From NCBI GenBank assembly GCA_036391995.1, contig DASVYU010000015.1, positions 350-64,349 of the forward strand: DNA of 64,000 nt, written 5' to 3'. Below, piece by piece: positions 1-10,200 of the stretch. Numbering within the stretch: position 1 is the first letter of the stretch; every line of letters begins with the position of its first letter. Origin of the DNA: Patescibacteria group bacterium (lineage in GTDB: Bacteria > Patescibacteriota > Minisyncoccia > Moranbacterales > GWC2-37-73). Under the pieces are notes generated by a model. The model was not told the DNA's origin. It was given only the letters and a program-made list of their open reading frames with translations, and did not search any database. Made by a program: the position numbers and the translations under genes.

Positions 1-1323
1 GGCAGCACCAGGAGAAAGCACCACTACATCCCCTTTCTCTGCCAAGGAGCGCGCCAACTTGACTGCAGCTTCCATTGAATCCACGATATCAAAATCCAAA
101 ACTTGGTTCTCAGGGTCCTTTTGCAACTCCAAGATTAATTTATCAGTCGCAGTGCCTTTGAGCAACACAAACCTTTTTGTTTTTTCAATCATAGCCCTCC
201 CGAGATCAGCAAAGTCCAAATTTTTGTCAGTGCCGCCCGCAATGAGCACGATCGGCTGCTCAAAAGAATCTAGGGCAGACATCGCTGCATCAGGAATCGT
301 GGCTGCAGTGTCGTTATAATATTTCACCTCCTCGAAATCCCGCACAAATTCCAGACGATGAGGCACCCCATTGAGCTGCTTAAGAGCTTTTTTTATAGCA
401 GCAGGACTTACGCCATAAGCAAAAGATGCTCCGACTGCTGCCATCACATTGGAAAGATTGTGATGCCCAGGAATCGGAATGTCTTTTGTAGCCAAAAGCT
501 TAAGCACGTCGATACCATCATTCAGATACATATATCCATCTTCTATGAAAACACTGCGGCTTCTTTTGAGCGGTTCATAGGAAAATTTAATCGTCTGAGA
601 TGGAGCTTCTTTGGCGATTTCGCGCACTGTCTGGTCATCGTAATTGAAAATAAGCCAATCTTTGGATTTCTGGTTGGTGAAAATATACTTCTTGTCAGCC
701 AAATATTTTTCCATAGTGCCGTAATAGTTCAAATGATCACGCATGATGTTCTTGAAAACGGCAATATGTGGACTAAGTTTGGCGCGTCCCAGAGCTGAAA
801 GTCTCCAACTGGAAAGCTCGAATACAACCACGCTGTCTTTTTTGAGCTCCAGCAATTTATCCAAAACAGATGTTTGTCCAATGCCTACTTTTGTGGGATT
901 TTTTCCGGCAGATTTCAAAATCTCATAGATAAGCGTCGCGGAAGTCGTCTTGCCCTTAGTGCCAGTCACTCCTATGATCGGATTTTTGCAAAGCTTGAAA
1001 AACAGACTGGAATCCATCTCGACCGGAATCTTGTTTTCCAACGCCAGCTTTACATGTTTGTCAGTCCAAGGAATAGCCGGGTTCTTGATTACCATGTCGG
1101 CATTCGTAAAGTCTTCTCTTCTATGTTGACCTAGGACATATTGGATGTTTTTGAGTCCTTTCAATTTATCCAATGAAGCTGCCAATTTTTCCTTAGGATT
1201 AAGGTCTGTGACAACAATCTTGGCGCCATGCTCGGAAAGGAATTTGACCACACCAACGCCGCCGCCATGCAAGCCGAGTCCAAAGACGGTTATTTTCCTG
1301 TTCTTAAAAAAAGATAGATCCAT
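1..1323 (-). CDS. murD: UDP-N-acetylmuramoyl-L-alanine--D-glutamate ligase (3' end runs off the window)
   Basis: Not in the ORF track. Manual translation from ATG at 1323 gives MDLSFFKNRKITVFGLGLHGGGVGVVKFLSEHGAKIVVTD..., with later GTKGKTTS, LELSSFQL, HRLEFVR and YNDTAATIP motifs typical of MurD. Confidence 0.9.
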   Translation of the reverse strand, partial: MDLSFFKNRKITVFGLGLHGGGVGVVKFLSEHGAKIVVTDLNPKEKLAASLDKLKGLKNIQYVLGQHRREDFTNADMVIKNPAIPWTDKHVKLALENKIPVEMDSSLFFKLCKNPIIGVTGTKGKTTSATLIYEILKSAGKNPTKVGIGQTSVLDKLLELKKDSVVVFELSSWRLSALGRAKLSPHIAVFKNIMRDHLNYYGTMEKYLADKKYIFTNQKSKDWLIFNYDDQTVREIAKEAPSQTIKFSYEPLKRSRSVFIEDGYMYLNDGIDVLKLLATKDIPIPGHHNLSNVMAAVGASFAYGVSPAAIKKALKQLNGVPHRLEFVRDFEEVKYYNDTAATIPDAAMSALDSFEQPIVLIAGGTDKNLDFADLGRAMIEKTKRFVLLKGTATDKLILELQKDPENQVLDFDIVDSMEAAVKLARSLAEKGDVVVLSPGAA

Positions 1324-1342
1324 AAGTCTTTTCATTATTATT

Positions 1343-1432
1343 CCCTCTCTCTTTCAGGGAGAGGGCTGGGGTGAGGATAAAAAGTTTTACCTCACCTGTC
1401 CTTCGGACATCCTCTCCTTGCAAAGGAGAGGA
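1343..1432. repeat. Inverted pair of REP-like palindromes (CCCTCTC...GAGAGGG type)
   Basis: ccctctctctttcagggagagggctggggtgagg followed by an inverted variant cctcacc...tcctctccttgcaaaggagagga. Confidence 0.7.
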
Positions 1433-1449
1433 CAAGATTGTGTAAAACT

Positions 1450-3045
1450 TTAAAATTCAAAAAGTGATGATTTTCTGCGTATTATTTCGCCGCTGCGTTG
1501 TCCATTGTAACTGCCATTTTCAACTGCGACTTTGCCATTAACAATCACCCATTCCATTCCTGTGGCATACTGATAGGGATTATCGAAAGTGGCATTATCT
1601 TGTATTGTTTGAGGATCAAAGACCACGACATCAGCATAATTCCCTTTAGCGATCGTGCCTCTTTTCATTATCTTGAATTTCTCCGCAGGAAATCCGCTCA
1701 TTTTATGGATTGCCTCCTCCCAACCAACAACACCTCTTTCGCGCGTGTATATGGACAATGCTCTTGGAAACGATCCGAAATTGCGAGGATGCACCAGCTC
1801 TCCGCTTTGCATATGTTCCGTGTTATAACCACTGCCATTGGAGGAAATGATCGAGAACGGATTGATCACGCCTTTGTCGACATTCTTTTCACTAAGCACC
1901 TCCATTGTCGTGACAACATGTCCCTCACTTGCCAAAAGCACATCAATCACCGCGTCTTCCACGCTCTTGCCTTGAGCCTTGGCAATATCCGCGATATTCT
2001 TGCGGTTCAATGTCTTGTTCAGTTTTGATGAAATCGAGATTGTGATCTTGGAATAATCCATTTCACCATCGCGCATTTCCTTAATGACCCGCTTGCGCGT
2101 TTCCTCATCTTTGAGTCTTGCAAGCATCATTGTGCGCCCACCTTCACTAACCCAATCCGGAAGTAAAATATAAAGAACGCTTCCAGTCGCAGTGTAAGGA
2201 TAGACATCGAAGTGCACATCGATCCCGCTTGTACGCGCAGTCTCAATAAGATTCAGAGCTTCTTCCATCAAAGGCCAGTTCTTTTTGCCCATGGCTTTTA
2301 GATGTGAGACCTGCAAGCGCACTCCTGTTTCTTGGGCGATGCGAATGGCTTCTTCCAGAGCCCTAATGAGATCATGGGACTCGCCGCGGATATGCGTGGT
2401 GTAAACACCGTCATATTTCTTGACTATCTCAGCCAGCTCTGCAATTTCGCGTGATGAAGCCAGCTTCGCATGAGTGTACACCAATCCCGTGGAAAAGCCA
2501 AGGGCACCCTCCTTCATAGCATTTGTGAGCATTTTCTTCATGAGCAGCATTTCCTGCGGACTTATATCGCGCACTTCATCGCCAACCAAGCCCCTGCGCA
2601 GCGTTCCATGTCCCACCAACGTAGCGAAATTCACAGACAACGGCTTTTTTTCAAGTTCCGACAGAAATTCCTTAACACTCAGCCAATTGAAATTGACGTT
2701 TTTAATATCAGCCCATTTCTGAATAGTCCTTATGTTCTCATGAGAAACAAGCGGAGCAAGAGAAGAACCGCAATTGCCACCAATAATCGTAGTGACTCCC
2801 TGATACACAAGACTTTCCAGCTGCGGATCAAGAAATATCCTCCAATAGGTGTCTGAATGGTTGTTTACATCAATGAATCCTGGAGCGACATATTTTCCCC
2901 TGGCATCAATCTCTTGTCTGGCATGTTCATTGTGCAAATCTCCGACTGCCGTTATTTCTCCCTCTTGGATGCCAACATCGCCCCTATACATAGGCTCTCC
3001 GCTGCCATCTATGATCGTTCCGCCTTTGATTATGATATCGTACAT
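1450..3045 (-). CDS. N-acyl-D-amino-acid deacylase (D-aminoacylase) family amidohydrolase, with atypical catalytic residues
   Basis: IKGGTIIDGSG, APGFIDVNNHSD, GGNCG, THIR, SHLK, HPRNFGSFPR, ADVVVFDP. Confidence 0.85.
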   Translation of the reverse strand: MYDIIIKGGTIIDGSGEPMYRGDVGIQEGEITAVGDLHNEHARQEIDARGKYVAPGFIDVNNHSDTYWRIFLDPQLESLVYQGVTTIIGGNCGSSLAPLVSHENIRTIQKWADIKNVNFNWLSVKEFLSELEKKPLSVNFATLVGHGTLRRGLVGDEVRDISPQEMLLMKKMLTNAMKEGALGFSTGLVYTHAKLASSREIAELAEIVKKYDGVYTTHIRGESHDLIRALEEAIRIAQETGVRLQVSHLKAMGKKNWPLMEEALNLIETARTSGIDVHFDVYPYTATGSVLYILLPDWVSEGGRTMMLARLKDEETRKRVIKEMRDGEMDYSKITISISSKLNKTLNRKNIADIAKAQGKSVEDAVIDVLLASEGHVVTTMEVLSEKNVDKGVINPFSIISSNGSGYNTEHMQSGELVHPRNFGSFPRALSIYTRERGVVGWEEAIHKMSGFPAEKFKIMKRGTIAKGNYADVVVFDPQTIQDNATFDNPYQYATGMEWVIVNGKVAVENGSYNGQRSGEIIRRKSSLFEF

Positions 3046-3046
3046 A

Positions 3047-3169
3047 CCCTGTAGTAGAAATTCAAATGGGCTTTGCCCAAAAAAAATTCTTTTTTATTTG
3101 TGTTAAAAAATTTTATCTTGCTTCTTAAAACATGCCTGCTCTTAAACTTTTTGAATTTTCACTACAGGG
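3047..3169. repeat. MITE-like element with CCCTGTAGT...ACTACAGGG termini
   Basis: ccctgtagtagaaattcaaa ... tttgaattttcactacaggg; abuts the deacylase start codon. Confidence 0.6.
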
Positions 3170-3251
3170 CATATTTTTGTTTTTAGAAGGTTTGTTTTAT
3201 GTTCTTATTTTACATTTTTAAAAGAAGGTTAGCAACAACAAGAGCGTGAAG

Positions 3252-3388
3252 CAGCAAAGAAACATATTATTGGATGTACGCATTTTTTCTGCTGAAAAAA
3301 TTCTCCAATATCGCGCCGTCGCGCTCAATAGCCATCCAATAACATATTTCTTTGCTGAGAAAAGAGACGCTTCGCATAGCGTCTCTCA
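3252..3388 (-). repeat. 25-bp inverted repeat plus a small REP-like hairpin downstream of rnc
   Basis: Arms 3252-3276 and 3333-3357; hairpin agagacgcttcgcatagcgtctct follows. Confidence 0.65.
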
Positions 3389-3415
3389 TGAATACAAAAT
3401 AAAAAATCTAGTTTT

Positions 3416-4099
3416 CTATATCCAGCCTTTCTTTTCTAATCCAGCTCTGGCTGCTTCACGCTGTGCATCCTGTTTGGAATTTCCTTCCCCCTCAGCAATC
3501 AATTCATCGCCCAGATACACGCCCATAATAAAATGCTTGTCATGATCAGGACCCCATTCCTTAAGTACACGATAGGACGGTGTTTGTTTGCTCATCTCCT
3601 GAGCCTTTTCTTGGAAATAACTCTTAGGATCAAGATAAAGCTTCTTGTCCAGGATCTCTTGCAGTCTTGTGGCTACATTTTCCAAAACGAATTTTTTAGC
3701 CACTTCATAGCCTTGATCCAAATAAGTCGCTCCTATGATGGCTTCCATGGCATTTGCCAGTAGATATTGCCTAGCGCGGCCGGTGTCTTTTGCTTCACCG
3801 CGGCTCATGAGTAGATATTTTTCTACTCCCAGATCCTGCGCGACTTTAGCCAACATTTCTCCATTCACCAATGCGCTGCGCCAACTTGTAAGTTCACCTT
3901 CCGGATTCTTATAATTATTGTAAAGATGTTCCGTAATGATGAGTTCCAAAACAGCATCTCCCAGAAACTCCAAGCGCTCATTGTGCTCGAGCTTGTAGTC
4001 GCGATTCTCATTCAAATAGCTGCGATGTGTCACGGCTTGCTGCAGCAATTCGATGTTGCTGAATTCTACGCCAATCTTCTTGGCCAATGAATTTATCAT
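3416..4099 (-). CDS. rnc: Ribonuclease III
   Basis: HNERLEFLGDAVLEL signature and C-terminal dsRBD. Confidence 0.97.
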   Translation of the reverse strand: MINSLAKKIGVEFSNIELLQQAVTHRSYLNENRDYKLEHNERLEFLGDAVLELIITEHLYNNYKNPEGELTSWRSALVNGEMLAKVAQDLGVEKYLLMSRGEAKDTGRARQYLLANAMEAIIGATYLDQGYEVAKKFVLENVATRLQEILDKKLYLDPKSYFQEKAQEMSKQTPSYRVLKEWGPDHDKHFIMGVYLGDELIAEGEGNSKQDAQREAARAGLEKKGWI

Positions 4100-4181
4100 A
4101 CTTAAAGATAAAACTCGAAATTCGAAGCACGAAATGCTTTTAACATTTCGAAATCAGGATTTCGGATTTTATGGAAATAAA

Positions 4182-4697
4182 TTAATTACCAACTTCAGTT
4201 TCTTCAACAACCTCTTCTTTAACCGCAATCTCTTCCTCTTTTTTCTTATGGTTTTTGGAGGTGTCATCTTTCATAGGTTCGCCCATTTCGCGATATATTG
4301 TTCCTAACACGCCATTTACAAAACGTGCACTGCTTTCCCCACCGAATGTCTTGGCAAGCTCGATTGCTTCGTTGATGGCCACTTTTGGAGGCACCTCTTC
4401 GTAATTGCCATACATGAGCTCATAGATGCCCAGACGCAAAATGTTGCGATCGATGACAGTCACCTGCTCCAATGGCCATTCCGGCGCACACTTTTCAATC
4501 AAAGCATCGATGGCGGGCCTATTGGACAGCGTGCCATTAACCAAAGCAGCCACGAATTCATGCTCACCCAAACCTGGTGCAAACTCCTCCACATTGTGAT
4601 CAATGATTTCAGCAACCATTTCATCATGCTTGCCTTGAAAATCCCATTCGAAAAGGGATTGCATTGCGATCGATCTTTGGAGGTGCCTATTAGCCAT
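4182..4697 (-). CDS. nusB: Transcription antitermination factor NusB
   Basis: [30 protein letters not shown]. Confidence 0.96.
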   Translation of the reverse strand: MANRHLQRSIAMQSLFEWDFQGKHDEMVAEIIDHNVEEFAPGLGEHEFVAALVNGTLSNRPAIDALIEKCAPEWPLEQVTVIDRNILRLGIYELMYGNYEEVPPKVAINEAIELAKTFGGESSARFVNGVLGTIYREMGEPMKDDTSKNHKKKEEEIAVKEEVVEETEVGN

Positions 4698-4721
4698 TTT
4701 TGTTTTTGTATATAAAGAAGA

Positions 4722-4919
4722 TTATTTCTTTTTTGCGACTTTCTTCAAAGTATTCACGACTTCCTTGCCTTTGTAGAATCCGCAGTTCTTGCAAGCCTTA
4801 TGAGGAAGCATAGCGCTGCCGCATTTTGGGCAAGTTATGGTCTTGACTGGTTCGATCGCAAAGCGTTCGCGCTTTCTGTCGCGACGAAGCTTGGTGTGGC
4901 GTTGTTTTTGTACTGACAT
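4722..4919 (-). CDS. rpmF: 50S ribosomal protein L32 (Zn-ribbon type)
   Basis: Basic N-terminus, CPKCG...PHKACKNCGFYKG. Confidence 0.95.
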   Translation of the reverse strand: MSVQKQRHTKLRRDRKRERFAIEPVKTITCPKCGSAMLPHKACKNCGFYKGKEVVNTLKKVAKKK

Positions 4920-5063
4920 GTGTTTGAGTTATAAAGTCAAAAGTCAAAAGTAAAATCTCCTGCATTAACGGGTTTTTCCTTGTCCTTTGCTTCACTAAAT
5001 ATTATTACAAAATATCGAATACAGCGTAACATGAAATCTTAATTTTGGCAATAGTTAGCCATT

Positions 5064-5789
5064 TTATAGCCGTCCGCCATAACTTGCGGCTTCATTGAGG
5101 CATTTTCTGACAGGACCAAAGGATTTCCTATGTATTTCGCATGGGCCAAGCTTCGCCAGGGCATCCATATGCTCCTTGGTGCCATAACCCATATGCTTTT
5201 CCATGCCGTAGCCCGGGTATTTCTTCCCGAATTCCCTCATCATCCTGTCTCGAGTAACTTTAGCCACAATGGAAGCTGCTGCAATGGATTTTGAAAGCCT
5301 GTCTCCCCCGATAACTGCCTGTTGCTCAAAAGAAAAATTGGGAACCTCCTTGTTGCCGTCCACCAAAACAATTGTTTTTGGGGTATTTTGGGAATTTAGG
5401 GGTTTTAATTCTGACAACCTTAACAACTCTTGCACGGCTTTTTTCATGGAAAGAAAGCTGGCCTCCAGAATGTTGATGCGGTCGATTGTCTCATGATCGC
5501 ATAGCCCGATGCCCACATGGAAGTGTTCATGAATGAAATCAAACACTTTTTCCCTTTGCTTTTCACTGAGTTTCTTGGAATCTCTGACAAGATCCCACAT
5601 CTTACTAGCATCGGAGCTCAACTCCGAATCGGAGTTGAGCTCCGATAACAATGCTGAATTTTTAATGACCACTGCGGCCGCCACCACAGGACCGCAAAGC
5701 GGCCCGCGACCGACTTCGTCAGTCCCAATGATCAGATCGTAGCCGTTTTCAGCCAATATTTTTTCCAATTCAAATGTCGCAATTTCCAT
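5064..5789 (-). CDS. rnhB: Ribonuclease HII (carries in-frame repeat insertions)
   Basis: GTDEVGRGPLCGPV, DSKKL, VDGN, SIAAASIVAKVTRD, GYGT, IHRKSF. Confidence 0.96.
   Translation of the reverse strand: MEIATFELEKILAENGYDLIIGTDEVGRGPLCGPVVAAAVVIKNSALLSELNSDSELSSDASKMWDLVRDSKKLSEKQREKVFDFIHEHFHVGIGLCDHETIDRINILEASFLSMKKAVQELLRLSELKPLNSQNTPKTIVLVDGNKEVPNFSFEQQAVIGGDRLSKSIAAASIVAKVTRDRMMREFGKKYPGYGMEKHMGYGTKEHMDALAKLGPCEIHRKSFGPVRKCLNEAASYGGRL
5611..5645. repeat. Perfect 35-bp palindrome inside rnhB
   Basis: tcggagctcaactccg-aat-cggagttgagctccga. Confidence 0.9.
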
Positions 5790-5860
5790 ATGTGAGCATC
5801 ATAACGCACGAAACAAGAAACTGCCAAATTTATTGTAGACAATCTTAACAAAAGTTTTGC

Positions 5861-6769
5861 CTATTCTGCACAATCATCAATCATATTCTTTGGAAAATTA
5901 TATTGCGCAACTTGTTTACAATAAAGAACTCCGTTTCCCTGATAAGCAACTTTCCATTTTCCTTTAACCTTTGCTGCCAACAAAAAACCTGGCCCGAAAT
6001 TAACTCTCATATGAGAATCATCAGATGCCACAATATCAACATATTGATCATAGTCAGAACCTATCAGTTGATGAATGATTTCTTTTTGTTGCAAATTCGC
6101 AGTTTCACCTGTTTCATTAGTAAATTTGAAAGTGTTGATTAATTTATTGAATTTATCTAATAAAATTTTATCATTTGGATATTTATCAAAATCAACGTGA
6201 TACATCAAGTAAATATTAAAAATTTTATCATTTCTATCATTCTTAAAGGTAACAATTTTTGATTCTGTTTTTGAAATGCCAGAATGAGGCATGATACTTA
6301 TAATGACATTTTGATTATTTATTGTAGTTTCTGTTTCAGAAGCTGAACCTACTTCTATACCCAAATTCACATTCTTAACAAAATCTTTCAATGTTTTACC
6401 TTTTGGCAACACCCCAAGATAATCCATTCCGCCTTCACCACTCTCAAATGTAGCTTGTGACCCAAAATTTAAAACGTGACTACTAGAAGAAGGCAAATTA
6501 TTTAAAGCCACGCTCCATTCTTTCGGATAACTGAACTCAAATCCGTATTTATCATTCCTATATGTCTGCCAATTTGCAGTTTCATCAACTGCTTGATTTT
6601 TTACTTCCTGCTGGGGTTGGACTGGTGCCTGAGGTTTATTGTTAACTGCCACGTCTTGAGTTGGTGCTTGCGCACTTCTGCCTTGCAACCAGAAAATTGC
6701 TCCGATCACAATAGTCAAAAACAGAATGATTCCGATGGCGATTTCACTGGCGATTTTTTTGTTTTGCAT
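5861..6769 (-). CDS. Membrane-anchored surface protein with a PsbP-like WxTYxNxxYGFxFxYP motif
   Basis: N-terminal TM helix, Q/P linker, WQTYRNDKYGFEFSYP, C-terminal Cys pair; AT-rich. Confidence 0.7.
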   Translation of the reverse strand: MQNKKIASEIAIGIILFLTIVIGAIFWLQGRSAQAPTQDVAVNNKPQAPVQPQQEVKNQAVDETANWQTYRNDKYGFEFSYPKEWSVALNNLPSSSSHVLNFGSQATFESGEGGMDYLGVLPKGKTLKDFVKNVNLGIEVGSASETETTINNQNVIISIMPHSGISKTESKIVTFKNDRNDKIFNIYLMYHVDFDKYPNDKILLDKFNKLINTFKFTNETGETANLQQKEIIHQLIGSDYDQYVDIVASDDSHMRVNFGPGFLLAAKVKGKWKVAYQGNGVLYCKQVAQYNFPKNMIDDCAE

Positions 6770-7029
6770 ATAGTTAGTTACGTATCAAATTACGTAATTA
6801 TTATACCATATTCATTGAGACGAAAGTAGAAAAAACCATTTTCCAGGCGACCGCTTGGTTTTTGGTCTTTTTGATGTTTTCGGAAACTTGTGATATACTT
6901 TTCTCATAAACATCTTGCAGAACCCAAAGGCATGCCCCTGGGCTATGAGGATAAGAAACATATGGCAACATCCACAGAATTATTTTATACATGCGCCCTA
7001 TTTTTAAAGTAGAGGCTTTTATTTTTGTT

Positions 7030-7146
7030 TTAAATCCAAAATCCCAATTTCTAATTTCCAATAAAATCCAAAAGCTCCAAATCAAAAAGTTTTGCCATTT
7101 GAATTTTGGGCTTTATTTGACATTAGGATTTTAGATTTAGGATTTT
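7030..7146. repeat. AT-rich imperfect inverted repeat built of ~7-nt periodic units
   Basis: aaatccaaaatcccaatttctaatttccaa... / ...ttaggattttagatttaggatttt. Confidence 0.65.
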
Positions 7147-7174
7147 CAAAATATCCATTTAATTCTTTATGTTT

Positions 7175-7259
7175 ATGAGCTCGTCCAAATATACCCATCT
7201 CCACCCCGTAAAATATTCTCGCTGCGCTCGAATTTCACGGGGCAGGCGTCCATAATCAT
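7175..7259 (+). pseudogene. Interrupted duplicate of the dnaE 5' end
   Basis: MSSSKYTHLH-[43-nt palindromic insert 7204-7246]-VHNH directly precedes dnaE MSKYTHLHVHSH. Confidence 0.7.
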
Positions 7260-10200
7260 ATGTCAAAATATACTCATTTACACGTGCATAGCCATTACAG
7301 TCTTCTTGACGGTTTGGGCAAGATCGATGATTTGATGGACCGCGCCAAGGAACTAGGCATGGAATCGATCGCGCTTACTGACCACGGCGTGATGTATGGA
7401 GCTGTGGAACTTTTCATCAAGGCCAAAGAAAAAGGCATCAAGCCTATTTTGGGCTGCGAGATGTATGTTACCCCGAACGATCTTACCTCCAAGAATCCGA
7501 CTGCCGAAGACCGCAAGCGTTACCACTTAATTCTCCTCGTAAAAGACGATGAGGGTTACCACAACCTCATGAAGCTTGTTTCCATTGCCCATATAGACGG
7601 TTTCTACTACAAGCCCCGCATCGACAGAAAGGTTTTGCGCCAATATTCCAAAGGACTAGTGGGACTTTCTGCCTGCGTGGAAGGCGAAATTCCCGCCCAG
7701 ATCGTCATGGGAAATTATGACAAAGCCAGGGAATTGGCTTTGGAATATAAGGATATTTTCGATGAAGACAGCTTCTTTTTGGAAGTACAGAGTCATCCCA
7801 ATTTCCCCAACCAGAAGATCGCCAACGACGGCATTTTCAAATTAGCCCAGGAACTGAATCTGCCAGTGGTGGCCACCTGTGACGTACATTATGTGCGCAA
7901 GGAAGATGCCAGCGCACAAGACATTCTGCTTTGCGTGCAAACCAATCGCAAAGTAAATGAGAGTGACCGCATGAATCTTATGGATTTCGATCTCTCGCTG
8001 CGCTCCCCAGAAGAAGTCGCCGCTAGCTTTCCTGAACATCCGGAAGTGATTTCCAATACACAAAAAGTGGTTGACCTTTGTAACTTCCATCTCAAGCTCG
8101 GCGAGACGCAGCTGCCTCATTTCGATGTGCCCCAAGGTCACACAGCTCTCAGCTATCTCACCCAGATGTGCGAAAACGGACTCAGGAAAAGATATGGCGA
8201 AAACATCACGAGAGAACATCGGCAGCGCATGGAATATGAGCTAAGTGTCATAGAAAAAACCGGCTACGCCTCATACTTTTTGATCGTGCAAGATTTCGTA
8301 AACTGGGCCAAAGACAATGGCATCGTTGTGGGTCCAGGCCGCGGCAGCGCAGCTGGCAGTTTCGTTTCATATCTGGTTGGCATCACCAACATGGATCCTG
8401 TGAAATATAATTTGCTCTTCGAACGCTTCCTGAACCCCGAGCGCGTATCCATGCCCGATGTGGATATGGATTTTGCCGACGACAAGCGCGATCTAGTTCT
8501 TGAATATGTGCGCAAAAGATATGGGGAAGACCATGTCTCACAGATTATAACTTTCGGAACTATGGCAGCTCGTGCTGCCATCCGCGATACCGGACGTGCC
8601 CTAGGCTTCCCTTATGATTTCTGTGACAAGACTTCCAAGATGATCCCAATGTTCACTTCCATCAAGAAAGCTTTGGAAGAAGTGCCTGAATTCAAGGAGC
8701 ATTACAATTCCAGTTCTGACGCCAAGAAACTCATCGATAATGCTATGCGACTTGAAGGAGTCGTTCGCCACGCAGGCATGCATGCCTGCGGCGTCGTGAT
8801 CACCAAGAATCCCGTGACTGACTATTCCCCAATCCAGAACATTGCCGGTTCGCGCGAAGGCACAGTAACCCAATACTCCTCTTCAACCAAATCTTCCTAC
8901 GTGGAGAAGATTGGTCTCCTTAAAATGGACTTTTTGGGACTCAAAAACCTAACTATCATCCAAAACACTCTGCGCATCGTGCGCAAGACTCACAATCAAG
9001 ACATAGATATAGACAATATCCCGCTGGATGATGCTGAAGCTTTCAAGCTCCTGCAGGAAGCACACACTACGGGAGTCTTCCAATTGGAAAGCTCCGGAAT
9101 GAAACGCTATCTCAAACAATTGAAGCCTACTGTACTCGAGGATGTAATCGCTATGGTAGCCCTTTACCGCCCAGGACCTATGGATTGGATTCCTGATTTC
9201 ATTTCAGGCAAACATGGAACTAAAAAAGTACACTACATCCATCCCAAGCTGGAACCCATTCTGGCCAACACCTATGGGGTAGCAGTTTATCAGGAACAGG
9301 TCATGCAGATTGCGCGAGACTTGGCTGGCTTTTCCATGGGTGAAGCTGATGTGCTCAGAAAAGCCATGGGGAAAAAGATTCTTGACCTCATCCAGGAGCA
9401 GAAAATCAAATTCGTAGATGGCTGCGTAAAAAACGGAATCGATAAAACTATCGGCGAAAAAGTATTTTCCTTTATTGAGCCTTTTGCTGGTTACGGCTTC
9501 AATCGCTCCCATGCGGCTTGCTATGGACTCATTGGTTACCAGACAGCGTATCTTAAAGCTCATTTCCCCGCTGCTTTCATGGCTGCCCTTATGACTTCTG
9601 ACCAGGGGGATACTGACCGTATTGCTATTGAGGCTAGCGAATGCCGCGACATGGGCATTGAAGTGCTTGCTCCGGACATCAATGAAAGCTTCGAGGAATT
9701 CGCTGTGATACAGGATACTGATAATGTGGAACGCATCCGCTTCGGATTTAATGCTATCAAGAACGTAGGTCACGTGGTTGCTCACGAAATCGTGGCCGAA
9801 AGAAAAAAGGGCGGCAAATTCAAATCTCTCGGAGACCTTTTGGAAAGAGTGCAAACAAAGGATCTCAATAAGAAATCCATCGAAGCTCTTGCGAAAGTCG
9901 GCGCATTGGACAATATGGGCGAACGCAATCAGATCATTGAAAGCATGGAAAGCATCCTTTCGTACATAAAAAATATCCAGAAACTGAAAAATTCAAACCA
10001 AGCCAGTCTGTTTGGTGAAACAGCACTGGAAACTCCTCCTGTACCGCTCATCGAGACAGAACCCGCTTCAAAGAGCCAACGCCTCAAATGGGAAAAAGAA
10101 CTTCTAGGGCTTTATGTCAGCGACCATCCAGTAGCTGAATATCAGGCATATATAGACACTGTAGCCACACCGCTGGATAGACTGAACAAAGAGATGGTCG

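Noticed and set aside
59-1453. Plus-strand ORFs at the window start
   Set aside because: They are antisense shadows of murD. The same applies to most short ORFs overlapping recognised genes throughout the track.
6801-7085. 94-aa minus-strand ORF
   Set aside because: It starts inside an AT-rich heptamer repeat and spans promoter-like DNA, with no protein-like features.
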